Of a stretch of DNA of 64,000 bases, positions 28,581 to 39,106 are shown piece by piece. A program made the translations under genes and the position numbers. The notes beneath the pieces were generated by a model that did not search any database, was not told the DNA's origin, and was given only the letters and a program-made list of their open reading frames with translations. The number at the start of each line of letters is the position of its first letter. The stretch's first letter is position 1. Source of the stretch: an uncultured Gemmatimonadales bacterium (GTDB lineage Bacteria > Gemmatimonadota > Gemmatimonadetes > Longimicrobiales > RSA9); the NCBI GenBank assembly GCA_963783305.1, contig CAWAMW010000002.1, positions 640,001 through 704,000 of the forward strand, given 5' to 3'.

Positions 28581-30974
28581 TCAGCCCCCGGCCGGGCGCG
28601 GGGCGGGATAGAGAGCCCGGTAGAGGGCCCGGTTGGTCAGCACGTGCCGGATGTAGTCCCGTGTCTCACGGTACGGCACCCGCTCGATGAACAGCTCCTG
28701 GTCCCGCGCCTCCGGCAGTGACAGCCAGCGCGCCGCGCGCGTCGGCCCGGCGTTGTACGCCGACAGGACGAGCGGTAGCACGCCGTCATAGCGCTCCAGC
28801 ATGGTCGCCAGGTAGCGGGTCCCGAAGTGTATGTTCACATCCGGCTGTTTCAGCAGCTCCGGGTCGTAGTCGCGCAGCCCGGCCTCGCCCGCCAGCATTC
28901 CACCGGTCGCCGGCATTACCTGCATCAGCCCGATGGCCCCGGCACCGCTGGTAACGGCAGGGCTGAAAGCCGACTCCTGACGGATGAGCCCCGCCACCAG
29001 GTAGGGGTCGAGCTTCAGACTCTGTGCCTCGGGCTCGATCATGGACCGGAAGGGGAACGGGTAGACGATCCGCAGGAGGCGCGGGTTCCATGCGCCGTTC
29101 CTGCGCCGCAGGTCCCAGCCGATCCCGATCGCCGTCAGCGTGTGGCCGCGCTCGATCAGCGCCTCGGCCAGGGCGTACTCGGCCGCATCCCTGCCCTCGA
29201 CGGCGCCACGCAGCCGCTCCACCTCCCGGACCAGCTCCCCTCGCACCTCGAGATCGGAGAGCACATCCACCCGCCGGAGGCCGCTCGCCAGCGTTTCGAC
29301 CAGGTCCGGCGCCAGCGCGGCGGGCGGCGGCGCGGCGCTCAGCCCCTGGAGCACGGGAACCCCGAGGATCTCGGCAGCGCGCACACCGTGATACGACAAC
29401 GGGTCCTTCTGCCTGAGCTCCTGCAGCCGGGCCCGGGCGTCCGCCGCCCGCCCCAGCGCCTCGTAGGCCCGCGCGGCCCAGTACGTGGACTGGGCCCACC
29501 GTCGCCCATCCGGATGCAGTCGACGATACTCCTCGAACACCGCCACAGCGCCCTGGTAGTCCTCGTCGAGAAGATCGAGCCCACCCAGCCGCATGAGCGC
29601 CAGGCCCGCCTCGTTCAGCGCCGGGGATGCGTCCGCCGCCTGTCGATAGAACCGCCGTGCCTCATCGATCTCCAGGTCGTCGTGCTTCAGGTCGGCCAGC
29701 AGGTATAGACCCCGAGTCACCGCCTCCTCGCCGGGGAACAGCTCCGGGAGACGGGCCAGGGTCCGCTGCCCGGCGTCACCCCGGCCCTGCCGGTACTGGG
29801 CGCGACCCGCCAGGTAGAGCGCCTCTGCGCCCATCGCTGGGGGCACTCCCTCGCTCCCCCCCAGCTCCAGCAGCCCCCGCTCCGCCTCGTCATAACGCCC
29901 CGCGGCGAATCCCGCCCGCCCCAGACGGAGCCGGACGTCCCGGCGCTCCGCCTCGGAGCCGCGGCCCGATTCGAGGTAGACGGTGTAGCCGCGGACCGCG
30001 CGCTGCGGGTTGCCGTGGCGAGCATAAATGTCGGCGATGAGCCGCCACTCGTCGGGCTCGGGATGGAGCTCGGTCAGCACGCGCGCGCCGTCCACCGCTC
30101 CCAGCGCTGCGGGATCCTCCATGGCGGCGAGGAAAGCGCTGCGGGCACGGGTGGTGTCGCCGGCCGCGAGCCGCAGCGCTCCGAGCTCCGACCACGCCGC
30201 CGACCGCGTGGCGCCCGCGCTCGTCTGCGCGGTCTCCAGCGCGATCTCCCGGGCGGCCATGCTGTCACCGGCCTCCCGGGCGGCCGAGAGCCTGAGCCTC
30301 CACGTGCCGCCGGCCGCCAGCGCGCCCGCCCCCGCCAGGTGCCGCCGGAGCGCGGCGGTGTCACCAGCGGCCGCCGCAGTTCGGGCGGCGAAGAGGCTCG
30401 ACCAGTCGCTCATCCACGGCAGGAGCCGTCCCGCCCTCTCGAACGCCGCCAGCGCGTCGGCGTTCTCGTCGGCCGCGGCGTAGGCGAGTCCTCTGCGCAG
30501 CTCCGCCACGCCCCGGTCGCGGTCGCTCTCCTGCACCGCGATGTAATGGCCCAACGCCTCCGCGCCCGCGGCGGGCTGCCCCCGCTCGATCCGGCTGCGG
30601 GCCAGCAGCTCCCACCCCGCACCTTCTTCCACCTCTCCCAGCCAGTTCCTCCCCTCGAGGAGGCGAGCCACGGGCCCCCACCGACCCCAGCCCGCGTTCA
30701 GTCGGGCCGTGTAGAGGATGAGCGTCGGTGTGGTGTCGGCGAGCGTGGCCAGGTGCGCGTCCATGAGCCGGCTCGCTCGCCAGTACCGCCCGTCCGCTGC
30801 CGCGCTCAGCACCGCGTCCGGAACACCGCCGGATGGTGGGGCTACGGGCGAGTCAGCCGGGATCGAAGTGGCACGGAGCGATGGGGCCGGGACCGCGGCA
30901 TCACCCACCCTCCAGGCGGGCAGGGCGAACGCGGTGGTGGAGAGCAGCACAAGCATGATGGAATAGAGCTTCAT
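28581..30974 (-). CDS. Soluble lytic transglycosylase (SLT domain) with TPR repeats
   Basis: Signal peptide; TPR-like helices; LIRQESAF, GAIGLMQVMP, SAYNAGP, PYRETRDY. Confidence 0.9.
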   Translation of the reverse strand: MKLYSIMLVLLSTTAFALPAWRVGDAAVPAPSLRATSIPADSPVAPPSGGVPDAVLSAAADGRYWRASRLMDAHLATLADTTPTLILYTARLNAGWGRWGPVARLLEGRNWLGEVEEGAGWELLARSRIERGQPAAGAEALGHYIAVQESDRDRGVAELRRGLAYAAADENADALAAFERAGRLLPWMSDWSSLFAARTAAAAGDTAALRRHLAGAGALAAGGTWRLRLSAAREAGDSMAAREIALETAQTSAGATRSAAWSELGALRLAAGDTTRARSAFLAAMEDPAALGAVDGARVLTELHPEPDEWRLIADIYARHGNPQRAVRGYTVYLESGRGSEAERRDVRLRLGRAGFAAGRYDEAERGLLELGGSEGVPPAMGAEALYLAGRAQYRQGRGDAGQRTLARLPELFPGEEAVTRGLYLLADLKHDDLEIDEARRFYRQAADASPALNEAGLALMRLGGLDLLDEDYQGAVAVFEEYRRLHPDGRRWAQSTYWAARAYEALGRAADARARLQELRQKDPLSYHGVRAAEILGVPVLQGLSAAPPPAALAPDLVETLASGLRRVDVLSDLEVRGELVREVERLRGAVEGRDAAEYALAEALIERGHTLTAIGIGWDLRRRNGAWNPRLLRIVYPFPFRSMIEPEAQSLKLDPYLVAGLIRQESAFSPAVTSGAGAIGLMQVMPATGGMLAGEAGLRDYDPELLKQPDVNIHFGTRYLATMLERYDGVLPLVLSAYNAGPTRAARWLSLPEARDQELFIERVPYRETRDYIRHVLTNRALYRALYPAPRPAGG

Positions 30975-31027
30975 GGAATCCTGCCGTTGCAACTGTCGAG
31001 CCCCGCGGCCGCGCCGGCGCCCATGAT

Positions 31028-31061
31028 GAGAAAAGGCCACCGAACCGGGTGGCCTTCTCTC
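31028..31061 (-). terminator. Hairpin terminator downstream of exbB (possibly bidirectional)
   Basis: AAGGCCACC-GAACCG-GGTGGCCTT flanked by GAGAA/CTCTC. Confidence 0.65.
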
Positions 31062-31088
31062 TTGGCGATGAGCAGGTGCCGCGTCACG

Positions 31089-31802
31089 TCACCTCGTAGT
31101 CGCGCCGGCGCTGATCTCCTGCAGCGTGTCGATCATCTTCTGCGCAGACTCCTCCATGTCGATGACCAGACGGTCGACCTTCGTCACGAAGTAGTTGTGC
31201 ATGATGTTGATCGGAATCGCGATTGTCAGACCGGCCGCCGTCGTGATCAGGGCGACCTTGATGCCGCCCGCCACCAGCGTGGCCTCCACCTCACCGGCCG
31301 CCTCGATGTTCTGGAACGCCTGGATCATCCCGATCACCGTCCCGAGGAACCCGAGCAGCGGCGCCACGTTCGCGATCGTCGCAAGCCATACCAGGCCACT
31401 CTCGAGACCGGCCATCTGGATCAGGCCCACGTTCTCAATGGCCTTCATCACGCGCTCACTGCCCTCATCATGGCGCTCGAGGCCCGCCAGCAGGATACGG
31501 CCGGCCGGCGTGTCTGACTCACGAGCCGCCGCAATCGCACCCGGCACATCCCGCTGCGCAAGCCGCTCGTCCACCTCGCGGAGGACCTTCTTCGTACGGG
31601 AGCTCGTGACCGAAAGATCGATGAGCTTCCAGACGATGATGATGATACCGATGGCCAGCGCGGCCCCCAGCGGCCACATCATGAAACCACCGTCCTCCCA
31701 GATCGAGACCATCCACTCGGTCACAGAGAGGTCCGGACTTTCCATCCCCGGGATCTGAAGCGCGAGGTTCAGGAAGGTGACACCGCTCAAGTTTGCCTCC
31801 AT
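31089..31802 (-). CDS. MotA/TolQ/ExbB proton channel family protein
   Basis: GGFMMWPL, APLLGFLGTVIGMIQAF, GGIKVALITTAAGL. Confidence 0.92.
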   Translation of the reverse strand: MEANLSGVTFLNLALQIPGMESPDLSVTEWMVSIWEDGGFMMWPLGAALAIGIIIIVWKLIDLSVTSSRTKKVLREVDERLAQRDVPGAIAAARESDTPAGRILLAGLERHDEGSERVMKAIENVGLIQMAGLESGLVWLATIANVAPLLGFLGTVIGMIQAFQNIEAAGEVEATLVAGGIKVALITTAAGLTIAIPINIMHNYFVTKVDRLVIDMEESAQKMIDTLQEISAGATTR

Positions 31803-31875
31803 TCAGCCATCTGCGAACACCGCCCGATCGTCGGACGGCGAAGGTAGTACGCTAGTTTTTTGAACAGGGAACGGC

Positions 31876-31904
31876 AAGGTAGATGGCCCCCCAGAGGGTG
31901 TCAA
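31876..31904 (-). promoter_or_regulatory. Promoter TTGACA-N17-TACCTT upstream of exbB
   Basis: Minus-strand TTGACA at 31899-31904 and TACCTT at 31876-31881; a second TACCTT at 31841-31846. Confidence 0.65.
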
Positions 31905-31954
31905 CCCCGACAGGCCACGCCCCGCAGACTCTCAGCGCCCGGGCGGCACGGCCC

Positions 31955-33019
31955 CTACCCGGCGCCGGGTGCCGGTGCCGAAGCCATGCCGGCGGACAGA
32001 GACGGCTCCTTTATGCAGGCCGCAAACTGCTCCGGCGCCTTCTCCGCCAGCGGCGGAACCACCCGACTGCACTCCTCGTCCTTGAGCGGGTGAGGACAGC
32101 GCGGGTGGAACGGGCACCCCGATGGGGGATGGATGGGGCTCGGCACATCGCCCGGGAGCACGATGCGATCCCGGTTTCGCCCGGGCTCGGGGACGGGTAT
32201 CGCGGACAGGAGCGCGCGCGTGTACGGGTGCCTGGGGCGGCGGTTGATATCGGCCACAGCGCCGATCTCGACGATCCGGCCGAGGTACATGACGGCCACC
32301 CGGTCGCTGACGTGCTCGACCACGCTCAGGTCGTGGGCAATGAACAGGTAGGCCAGCCCCAGCTCCGACTGGAGACGGTCGAGCAGGTTTACCACCTGCG
32401 CCTGCACCGACACATCCAGTGCGCTCACCGGCTCGTCGCACACGATGAAGTCGGGCTCCACGGAGAGAGCGCGCGCGATCCCGATCCTCTGCCGCTGACC
32501 GCCGCTGAACTCGTGCGGGTAGCGGTTGGCGTGCGATGGGAGGAGCCCCACACGGTCCAGGAGCTCCCGGATCCGGGCGTCCGCCGCTTCACCACGGGCC
32601 AGGTCGTGGACCTTCAGGACCTCCCGCAGCGCGTCGCCCACCGTCAGACGTGGGTTCAGCGAGGCGAACGGGTCCTGGAATATGATCTGGGCCCGACGCC
32701 GAAGCGCCCGCAGTTCGCCCGCGTCCATCGCGACCACGTCCTCGCCGGCGAAGCGGATCTCACCTGCGGTGGGCTCGAGCAGCCGGAGCAGCGCGCGCCC
32801 CGTCGTCGACTTGCCGGAGCCCGACTCACCGACCAGTCCCAGCGTCTCCCCGGGGTCGACCCAGAAGCTCACGCCATCCACCGCCTTCACGTGCTCCGTG
32901 ACCCGCGAGAAGAAGCCGGATCGGAGAGGGAAGTGCTTCTTCAGGCCCCGCACCTCCAGGAGCGCGTTCGGCGCGGGCACCTCGTCCAGGGTGCGTTCGT
33001 TCCGATCGCTCTGACTCAC
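31955..33019 (-). CDS. oppF: Oligopeptide/dipeptide ABC transporter ATP-binding protein (OppF/DppF)
   Basis: [48 protein letters not shown]. Confidence 0.9.
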   Translation of the reverse strand: MSQSDRNERTLDEVPAPNALLEVRGLKKHFPLRSGFFSRVTEHVKAVDGVSFWVDPGETLGLVGESGSGKSTTGRALLRLLEPTAGEIRFAGEDVVAMDAGELRALRRRAQIIFQDPFASLNPRLTVGDALREVLKVHDLARGEAADARIRELLDRVGLLPSHANRYPHEFSGGQRQRIGIARALSVEPDFIVCDEPVSALDVSVQAQVVNLLDRLQSELGLAYLFIAHDLSVVEHVSDRVAVMYLGRIVEIGAVADINRRPRHPYTRALLSAIPVPEPGRNRDRIVLPGDVPSPIHPPSGCPFHPRCPHPLKDEECSRVVPPLAEKAPEQFAACIKEPSLSAGMASAPAPGAG

Positions 33020-34044
33020 GACGCGGCCCTCCGCACGGGCGCGAAACCTCCGCCATCGCGCTCCACCTCCTCGCGCCGCTCGGGGTGCTCCACGAGCCAG
33101 CAGCGGGCGTACTGCCGCTCGGAGGCGCGCAGCGGTTCCGGCATCTCCCGGCACACGTCCCATGCGTAGGGGCAGCGGTCGCGGAACCGGCAGCCGGAGG
33201 GCCAGTTTGTGGGGGGCGGAACGGTACCGGGGATGACCGCGAGCTCCCCCCCCGTACGGTCGGGTCGGGGCACGGCCGCAAGCAGTCCCTGCGTGTACGG
33301 ATGGGCCGGCTGCCTGAAGATGTCGTCCACCGGCCCTTCCTCCACGACCTGCCCGGCGTACATGACGACGACCCGGTCGCACACCTCCGCCACGACCCCC
33401 AGGTCGTGCGTGATGAGCATGACGCCCATGCCCATCTCCCGGCGCAGCTCGAGGAGCAGCTCCAGGATCTGGGCCTGGATCGTCACGTCCAGTGCCGTGG
33501 TGGGCTCGTCCGCGATCAGGAGGTCTGGCTCGTTGGCCAGCGCCATGGCGATCATGACCCGCTGCCGCATCCCGCCGCTCAGCTGGTGCGGGTACTCGTC
33601 CACCCGCCGCTCCGGTACCGGGATCCCCACCAGCTCCAGCAGCTCGATGGCGCGAGCCCGCGCGTCCTTCCGCCCCAGGTTCCGGTGAAGCCGCAGCGCC
33701 TCGACGATCTGCCCTCCCACCCGGAACACCGGATTCAGCGATGTCATGGGCTCCTGGAATATCATGGCGATGTCGTTGCCGCGGATCTGCCGCATCTCCT
33801 TCTCCGACAACGAGGTCAGCTCACGCCCGTCGAAGCGGATGCTGCTCCCCTCCTCGATCCGGCCGGGGTCGTCGACGAGCCCCATGATCGAGAGCGACGT
33901 CACGGACTTCCCGCACCCACTCTCCCCCACCACACCGAGGATCTCGCCGCGCTCCACCTGGAATGAAACGCCATCCACCGCCCGGGCCACACCGTCCTCG
34001 GTGTGGAAGTAGGTCCGCAGGTCCTTCACAGCGAGCAGTGACAT
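33016..34044 (-). CDS. oppD: Oligopeptide/dipeptide ABC transporter ATP-binding protein (OppD/DppD)
   Basis: [47 protein letters not shown]. Confidence 0.9.
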   Translation of the reverse strand: MSLLAVKDLRTYFHTEDGVARAVDGVSFQVERGEILGVVGESGCGKSVTSLSIMGLVDDPGRIEEGSSIRFDGRELTSLSEKEMRQIRGNDIAMIFQEPMTSLNPVFRVGGQIVEALRLHRNLGRKDARARAIELLELVGIPVPERRVDEYPHQLSGGMRQRVMIAMALANEPDLLIADEPTTALDVTIQAQILELLLELRREMGMGVMLITHDLGVVAEVCDRVVVMYAGQVVEEGPVDDIFRQPAHPYTQGLLAAVPRPDRTGGELAVIPGTVPPPTNWPSGCRFRDRCPYAWDVCREMPEPLRASERQYARCWLVEHPERREEVERDGGGFAPVRRAAS

Positions 34045-34051
34045 CGGGGCC

Positions 34052-35461
34052 TCAGCTCCGGAGTCGGGGGTCGAGCGCATCCCGCAGCCCGTCGCCCACC
34101 AGGTTGAATGCGAGCACGGTGACCACGACGGCCAGCCCCGGGAACGTGGCCACCCACCAGGCGCCGATCAGGTTCTGACGCCCGTCCGCGACCAGTGTTC
34201 CCCAGCTCGGCGTGGGCGGCTGTACGCCCATCCCGAGGAAGCTGAGGCCCGCTTCCAGGACGATGGTGTTCCCGATCCCCAGTGTGGCGGCGACGATCAC
34301 CGGCGCCAGCACATTCGGCAGCAGGTGTCGCAGGATGATACGGGTCCGGCCAAAGCCCAGGGCACGGGCGGCCTGCACGTACTCCTGCTCCCGCAGGCTC
34401 AGCACCTCACCGCGTACCAGTCGTGCGGTGCCCGGCCACTGCGTCAGCCCCAGGATGAGGATGATCAGCGTGATGCTCGACTCGAAAAGCGCGATGATCA
34501 TGATCAGCAGCACGAGCCGCGGGAACGCCATCACCATGTCTGTGAACCGCATGATCACCGCGTCCACCTTCCCGCCCAGGTACCCCGCCACCGCTCCCAG
34601 AAGCGACCCCAGGACGATGGCGATCGCCACCGCGATGAAGCCGATCGCCAGGCTGATCCGCGCGCCGTAAATGATCCGACTGAGGACGTCCCGGCCGAAC
34701 TGGTCCGTGCCCATCCAGTGATCGAGACCGGGGGGCAGATAGCTCATGGTGGTGAGGTCCCCCTGCGCGATGGGGTCATAGGGCGCGATCAGCGGCGCCA
34801 GGAAGGCGATCAGGTAGAGGGCCACGACCGTCAGCAGACCCGCCAGCGCCAGCCGGTTCCGCCGGAGGTGCCGCGCGGCAATCGCCCACTGTGAGTCCCC
34901 CGCCCGCGAGGCGGAGGGCTCACCGGCGGCATGCCGGGCGGCGGTCGCCCGGGCGTCCCCCTGCGCGGCGCCACGCAGGTCCCGCATCGCGAGCAGCCAC
35001 AACCCAGCCAGGCCGATCGCCATGATGGCCACGGCCACCCAGTCGTCCAGCGAGCCGTCCGCGGTAATCGACGCGATGGCGTCCCACCCCAGCCACGCCA
35101 CACCGAGCAGCGCGCCCCACGGAAGCAGGTAGGTCAGGCCACGGAGCGGTGCACCCATCAGCAGGTGGCCCGCGCCCGGGAGCACCGCCGACAGCGCCAC
35201 CGCCGCCCCGGATGCGCCCGCGGCAGGCGCCTCGGCGGCCAGAGCTGCCCGCTCACGGGGACGGTCCGGAGCGCCTCGATCGATACCGGTCCGCTCCGGC
35301 TCCGGCAGCCGGACCGCCCCCTCGCCGTGCTCCGGAACCGCCGCACCCGCCGCTCCCGCCACGGTCTCGTGGATTGGCTCCGGCACCCCACCCTCCGGGT
35401 CGGCCGGCCGGTCCGGGCCGTGCCCATGGCTCCGATTCCGCCCCCGCTCCCGGTCAGTCAT
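34052..35461 (-). CDS. oppC: Oligopeptide ABC transporter permease (OppC/DppC) with N-terminal extension
   Basis: [58 protein letters not shown]. Confidence 0.88.
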   Translation of the reverse strand: MTDRERGRNRSHGHGPDRPADPEGGVPEPIHETVAGAAGAAVPEHGEGAVRLPEPERTGIDRGAPDRPRERAALAAEAPAAGASGAAVALSAVLPGAGHLLMGAPLRGLTYLLPWGALLGVAWLGWDAIASITADGSLDDWVAVAIMAIGLAGLWLLAMRDLRGAAQGDARATAARHAAGEPSASRAGDSQWAIAARHLRRNRLALAGLLTVVALYLIAFLAPLIAPYDPIAQGDLTTMSYLPPGLDHWMGTDQFGRDVLSRIIYGARISLAIGFIAVAIAIVLGSLLGAVAGYLGGKVDAVIMRFTDMVMAFPRLVLLIMIIALFESSITLIILILGLTQWPGTARLVRGEVLSLREQEYVQAARALGFGRTRIILRHLLPNVLAPVIVAATLGIGNTIVLEAGLSFLGMGVQPPTPSWGTLVADGRQNLIGAWWVATFPGLAVVVTVLAFNLVGDGLRDALDPRLRS

Positions 35462-36437
35462 AGCGGATCCGCGGGTCGGCCACCGCGTAGAGGATGTCGG
35501 CCACGAGCGAGCCGATCACCACCACGAGCGCGAAGATGAAGCTGGTCGCCATGACCACCGGGTAGTCCCGCTGGAAGATGGCATCCACGATGACCCGGCC
35601 CATCCCCGGCCAGGAGAAGATCACCTCGACGAACACGCTCCCGCTGAAGAGCAGCGGGAGGTAGAGCCCGAGGAGTGTGATGATGGGCAGCAGAGAGTTC
35701 CGCAGCGCGTGCTTCAGCACCACCGTGCGACCCGGCAGCCCCTTGGCGCGCGCGGTCCGGATGTAGTCCTGATGGATCACTTCGAGCATCTGACCGCGGG
35801 TGTAGCGGGCGATGCCGGCGGACATGACGAGTGTGAGCGTCAGGACCGGGAGCACGAGGTGGACCAGTCGGTCCACAACCTGCTGGCCGAAGCTCAGGTA
35901 CTCGTAGTCCACACTGGTCATCCCCGTGGGCGGCAGCGCGAAGGGCAGCCCCCACTCGTGCGCCTTGAGGGAGAAGAGCAACATGAGCATCAGGCCGAGC
36001 CAGAAGCTGGGCATCGAGTAGAAGAAGAGCGAAGTGACGCTCAGAATGCGGTCCGCCGCCCGGTGCTGCCGGACCGCCTGGAAGATCCCGGTGGACACTC
36101 CGATCAGGAAGATCAGGATCAGCGTGGAGCCGGCCAGCATGAGCGTGGGCGGCAGGGTCTCCAGGATGATGTCCACGACCGGCCTGCTCTGGGCGAACGA
36201 GTAGCCGAAATCGCCGGTGAAGAACGCCGTCAGCCACTTCCAGTACCGGATGTGCAACGGCTGGTCGAGCCCGAAATTCGCCCGGATCTGGTCCAGCACC
36301 TCGGGCGGCACGTTCTGGTTCGCGAACAGCGCCGTGGGATCGCCCGGGGCCAGGTTGACGACGAAGAAGATGGTGGTGGCGATCCCCAGTATGAGGGGGA
36401 CCGCCCCCAGGCTCCGGCGCAGGACGTACGAAAACAC
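35454..36437 (-). CDS. oppB: Oligopeptide ABC transporter permease (OppB/DppB)
   Basis: LAPGDP, GLDQP, GDFGYSF, DYIRTARAKGL, EVIFSWPGMG, DPRIR. Confidence 0.9.
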   Translation of the reverse strand: MFSYVLRRSLGAVPLILGIATTIFFVVNLAPGDPTALFANQNVPPEVLDQIRANFGLDQPLHIRYWKWLTAFFTGDFGYSFAQSRPVVDIILETLPPTLMLAGSTLILIFLIGVSTGIFQAVRQHRAADRILSVTSLFFYSMPSFWLGLMLMLLFSLKAHEWGLPFALPPTGMTSVDYEYLSFGQQVVDRLVHLVLPVLTLTLVMSAGIARYTRGQMLEVIHQDYIRTARAKGLPGRTVVLKHALRNSLLPIITLLGLYLPLLFSGSVFVEVIFSWPGMGRVIVDAIFQRDYPVVMATSFIFALVVVIGSLVADILYAVADPRIRYD

Positions 36438-36457
36438 GCCTCAGTTCCGCCGGACGC

Positions 36458-38068
36458 TCATCGCACCGACCAGTCGGCGATGCTGGAGAACTCGCCCCGC
36501 TGGTCCATGGACACACCGCTCACCTCGTGGCTGGACGCCGCGATCTCGTCCGCCCAGAACATGAACGTGAACGGCTGCTCCTGCTGAAGCGCCTGGGTGA
36601 ACTGGCGCCAGACCTGACGGGCCCCCTCCGCGTCCGTGGCGGCCGCGCCCTGCTCGATCAGGCGGTCCAGCGTCTCGCTCCGCACCCCACTGCGGTTGGC
36701 CGACTGTTCGACGTCGGCCTGGCTCGAGTGGAAGAGCGACTGCGGTGCGGACGCCATCTGGAAGTTGTCCAGCACCCAGTTGCTCAGCACGGCATCGAAA
36801 TCCCGGTTCTTGTGCTGCGCCAGCATGGTCTGGAACTCCAGCGCCTGCAGCTCGACGTCGGCGCCCACCTCGCGCAGCTGGCTCTGCACTACCTGAAGGA
36901 TGGCGCGGTTCATGGGCTGCTGGCCCGCGAGCAGTGTGAACGCCAGACGCCGCCCGTCCTTCTCCCGCACCCCGTCGCCGTCCGCGTCCGTCCAGCCGGC
37001 CTGCTCCAGCAGCTGCCGCGCCCGCTCCGGGTCATAGCTCAGCGGCTCGATCCCGTCCGGGTGGTACGGGTGCCATGGCGGCACCGTGCTGGTCGCCACG
37101 GAGCCGTATCCCTTCAGCTGCGCGTCGATGATCTCCTGCCGGTTGACGGCATGCGTCATCGCGCGGCGAACCCGCGCGTCGTCGAAAGGGGGCCGCTCAT
37201 TGTTCCAGCCGAGGTAGAAGAGCTTGGTCCCGCTGAACGCGTGCAGCTCCAGACTCTCGCTGCTCTCGATCCGCTCGATCTGGTCCGGCTGCAGCGGGAG
37301 GTCGATATGGATCCCGCCGGTGACGAGCTCCGTCAGCAGCGTCGCCGGCTCCGGCACCACCCGGAACACCACGCGTTCCGCCGCCGGGGGACCCCCCAGA
37401 GACGCGGGGAACCGGGCGTTCCGCTCCAGCACCAGCCGGTCGTTCGCCCGCCACTCCACGAACCGGAACGGCCCGCTTCCTACGGGCTCCCGGTTGAACG
37501 GCGCGTTCGCCATCTCCGCCGCTGGCACTCCTTCGAGCAGGTGCTTGGGAACGGGGGCCCACCAGAAGTCCTCGATGGCCTGCGCGTGCGGCACGGTGAA
37601 CCGGAACGTAATGGTCCGCGGATCCTCTACCTCCGCGGATTCCACGGAGCCGAGGTACGCGGACCCGATGAGCGATCCGGTCTCCGGCGTCTTGGCCATA
37701 TCGAAGGTGAACTTCACGTCCTCGGACGTGACCGGCTCCCCATCGTGCCACAGGACGTCCGGGCGCAGCGTGAACGTGACCGCGGTGTCGCCGTGCATCT
37801 CCCAGGACTCCGCCAGGTACGGCTGGGGCTCCAGGTCGGCGCTGTACTGGATGAGCGGAGTGAACAGCGCGTACTTGAGGAGCTGGTCCGTGTCTATGCT
37901 GCTGTTCGTGATGGGGTTGAAGCCGCTGAAGTCGGTGGCCGTGCCTACGATCACCGTGCCGCCCTCCCCACTCCCTCCACCGCCGCCATCACCGCCCCCG
38001 CAGGCGGCCAGGCCCACCACGGCCAGGACCGTTCCGAGCCACGCCATCGCTGCCTTCGCTCCGCTCAT
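36458..38068 (-). CDS. oppA: Peptide ABC transporter substrate-binding lipoprotein (family 5)
   Basis: Lipobox LAAC; LAESW, WHDGEPVTSEDVKFT, PVGSGPF, RVRRAM, DGDGVREKDG. Confidence 0.88.
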   Translation of the reverse strand: MSGAKAAMAWLGTVLAVVGLAACGGGDGGGGGSGEGGTVIVGTATDFSGFNPITNSSIDTDQLLKYALFTPLIQYSADLEPQPYLAESWEMHGDTAVTFTLRPDVLWHDGEPVTSEDVKFTFDMAKTPETGSLIGSAYLGSVESAEVEDPRTITFRFTVPHAQAIEDFWWAPVPKHLLEGVPAAEMANAPFNREPVGSGPFRFVEWRANDRLVLERNARFPASLGGPPAAERVVFRVVPEPATLLTELVTGGIHIDLPLQPDQIERIESSESLELHAFSGTKLFYLGWNNERPPFDDARVRRAMTHAVNRQEIIDAQLKGYGSVATSTVPPWHPYHPDGIEPLSYDPERARQLLEQAGWTDADGDGVREKDGRRLAFTLLAGQQPMNRAILQVVQSQLREVGADVELQALEFQTMLAQHKNRDFDAVLSNWVLDNFQMASAPQSLFHSSQADVEQSANRSGVRSETLDRLIEQGAAATDAEGARQVWRQFTQALQQEQPFTFMFWADEIAASSHEVSGVSMDQRGEFSSIADWSVR

Positions 38069-38087
38069 CACCCCTCGCTCTCCCGGT

Positions 38088-38954
38088 TCAGCGGCGCCAC
38101 GTCCACTCCTCGGACGCGAACCTTCTCCATGACTCCCGCGCGCCCGCGCTCTCCCCCGAGTCCAGCGGTGCAGGGGCAAGAGGAGTGCCGAACGCGGTCT
38201 GGAAACTGGCGATCAGCGCCTCGATCAGCGCCTCGAGGTCAGGTCGGAACCCCAGCTCCCGCTCCACCGTGGTCCACCCCTCCTCCACCCCCGGAGGGGC
38301 CGCCGGCCGATCCAGCAGCAGCTCCTCCGCCGGCGCCTGGCTCCCGCCCAGCAAGATGGAGCCGTGCTGCAGGATCGTCCGCTCCTGCGTCCGCTGCGCG
38401 CTCCCCACCAGCTTCCGCCCCGCGACCACCACCTCGCCGGTCTCCGGCCGCCGGAAACACGCGTCGGTCCACGACTTCCGGTCACCCCCCGCGCCCGTGC
38501 GCAACGCCGCCACGCCGCCCGCGCCCGCCACCTGTGCCGTCAGGCCGAGCCCCTCGAGGGCCGCGACCAGCGCGCCGTTGATCCGGCGGTACGCGGCACG
38601 GGGCTTCCCCACCACCGCCACCGGCGCCACCACGGCGTAGGTGAGTTCATCATCATGGAGGACCGCCTGTCCGCCGGTGGGACGGCGCACGAAGTCGATG
38701 CCGCGGCGGGCGGCCTCCACCGGATCGTAGAGGCCGCGCGCCGGCTGGTTGCGGCCGAAGGAGAGGGTGGCCGGGGACCAGCGATAGAGCCGGAGCACCG
38801 GTGCGGCACCACCACAGACGGCATCCAGGAGCGCCTGGTCGAGCGCCATGTTGGTGGCGCCATCCCGGGGCCCCTCGGTCACGCCGTCGCCGAGAACGAG
38901 CCGCCATGGAACGCTCTCCCGGGCGGGTGGGCGCGGCTTCGGTATGGAGTCCAT
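38088..38954 (-). CDS. Lipoate-protein ligase A / LipM-like octanoyltransferase
   Basis: NMALDQALL, LRLYRW, VRRPTGGQAVLH, KLVGSAQ, LQHGS. Confidence 0.88.
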   Translation of the reverse strand: MDSIPKPRPPARESVPWRLVLGDGVTEGPRDGATNMALDQALLDAVCGGAAPVLRLYRWSPATLSFGRNQPARGLYDPVEAARRGIDFVRRPTGGQAVLHDDELTYAVVAPVAVVGKPRAAYRRINGALVAALEGLGLTAQVAGAGGVAALRTGAGGDRKSWTDACFRRPETGEVVVAGRKLVGSAQRTQERTILQHGSILLGGSQAPAEELLLDRPAAPPGVEEGWTTVERELGFRPDLEALIEALIASFQTAFGTPLAPAPLDSGESAGARESWRRFASEEWTWRR

Positions 38955-39106
38955 GCTGTGGATTCCTCGGTCTCGGCTGCCGTCAACGGTGGTGGACGGC
39001 CTCAAGGTACCATATCGGGCCGCCCCCGCCATCGGGAGGCATCGAGAAAACGGCGCCCGCCCGGTTACCGGGGCGAGCGCCGTCGCGACCGCTGGGCGGC
39101 CTGGTC

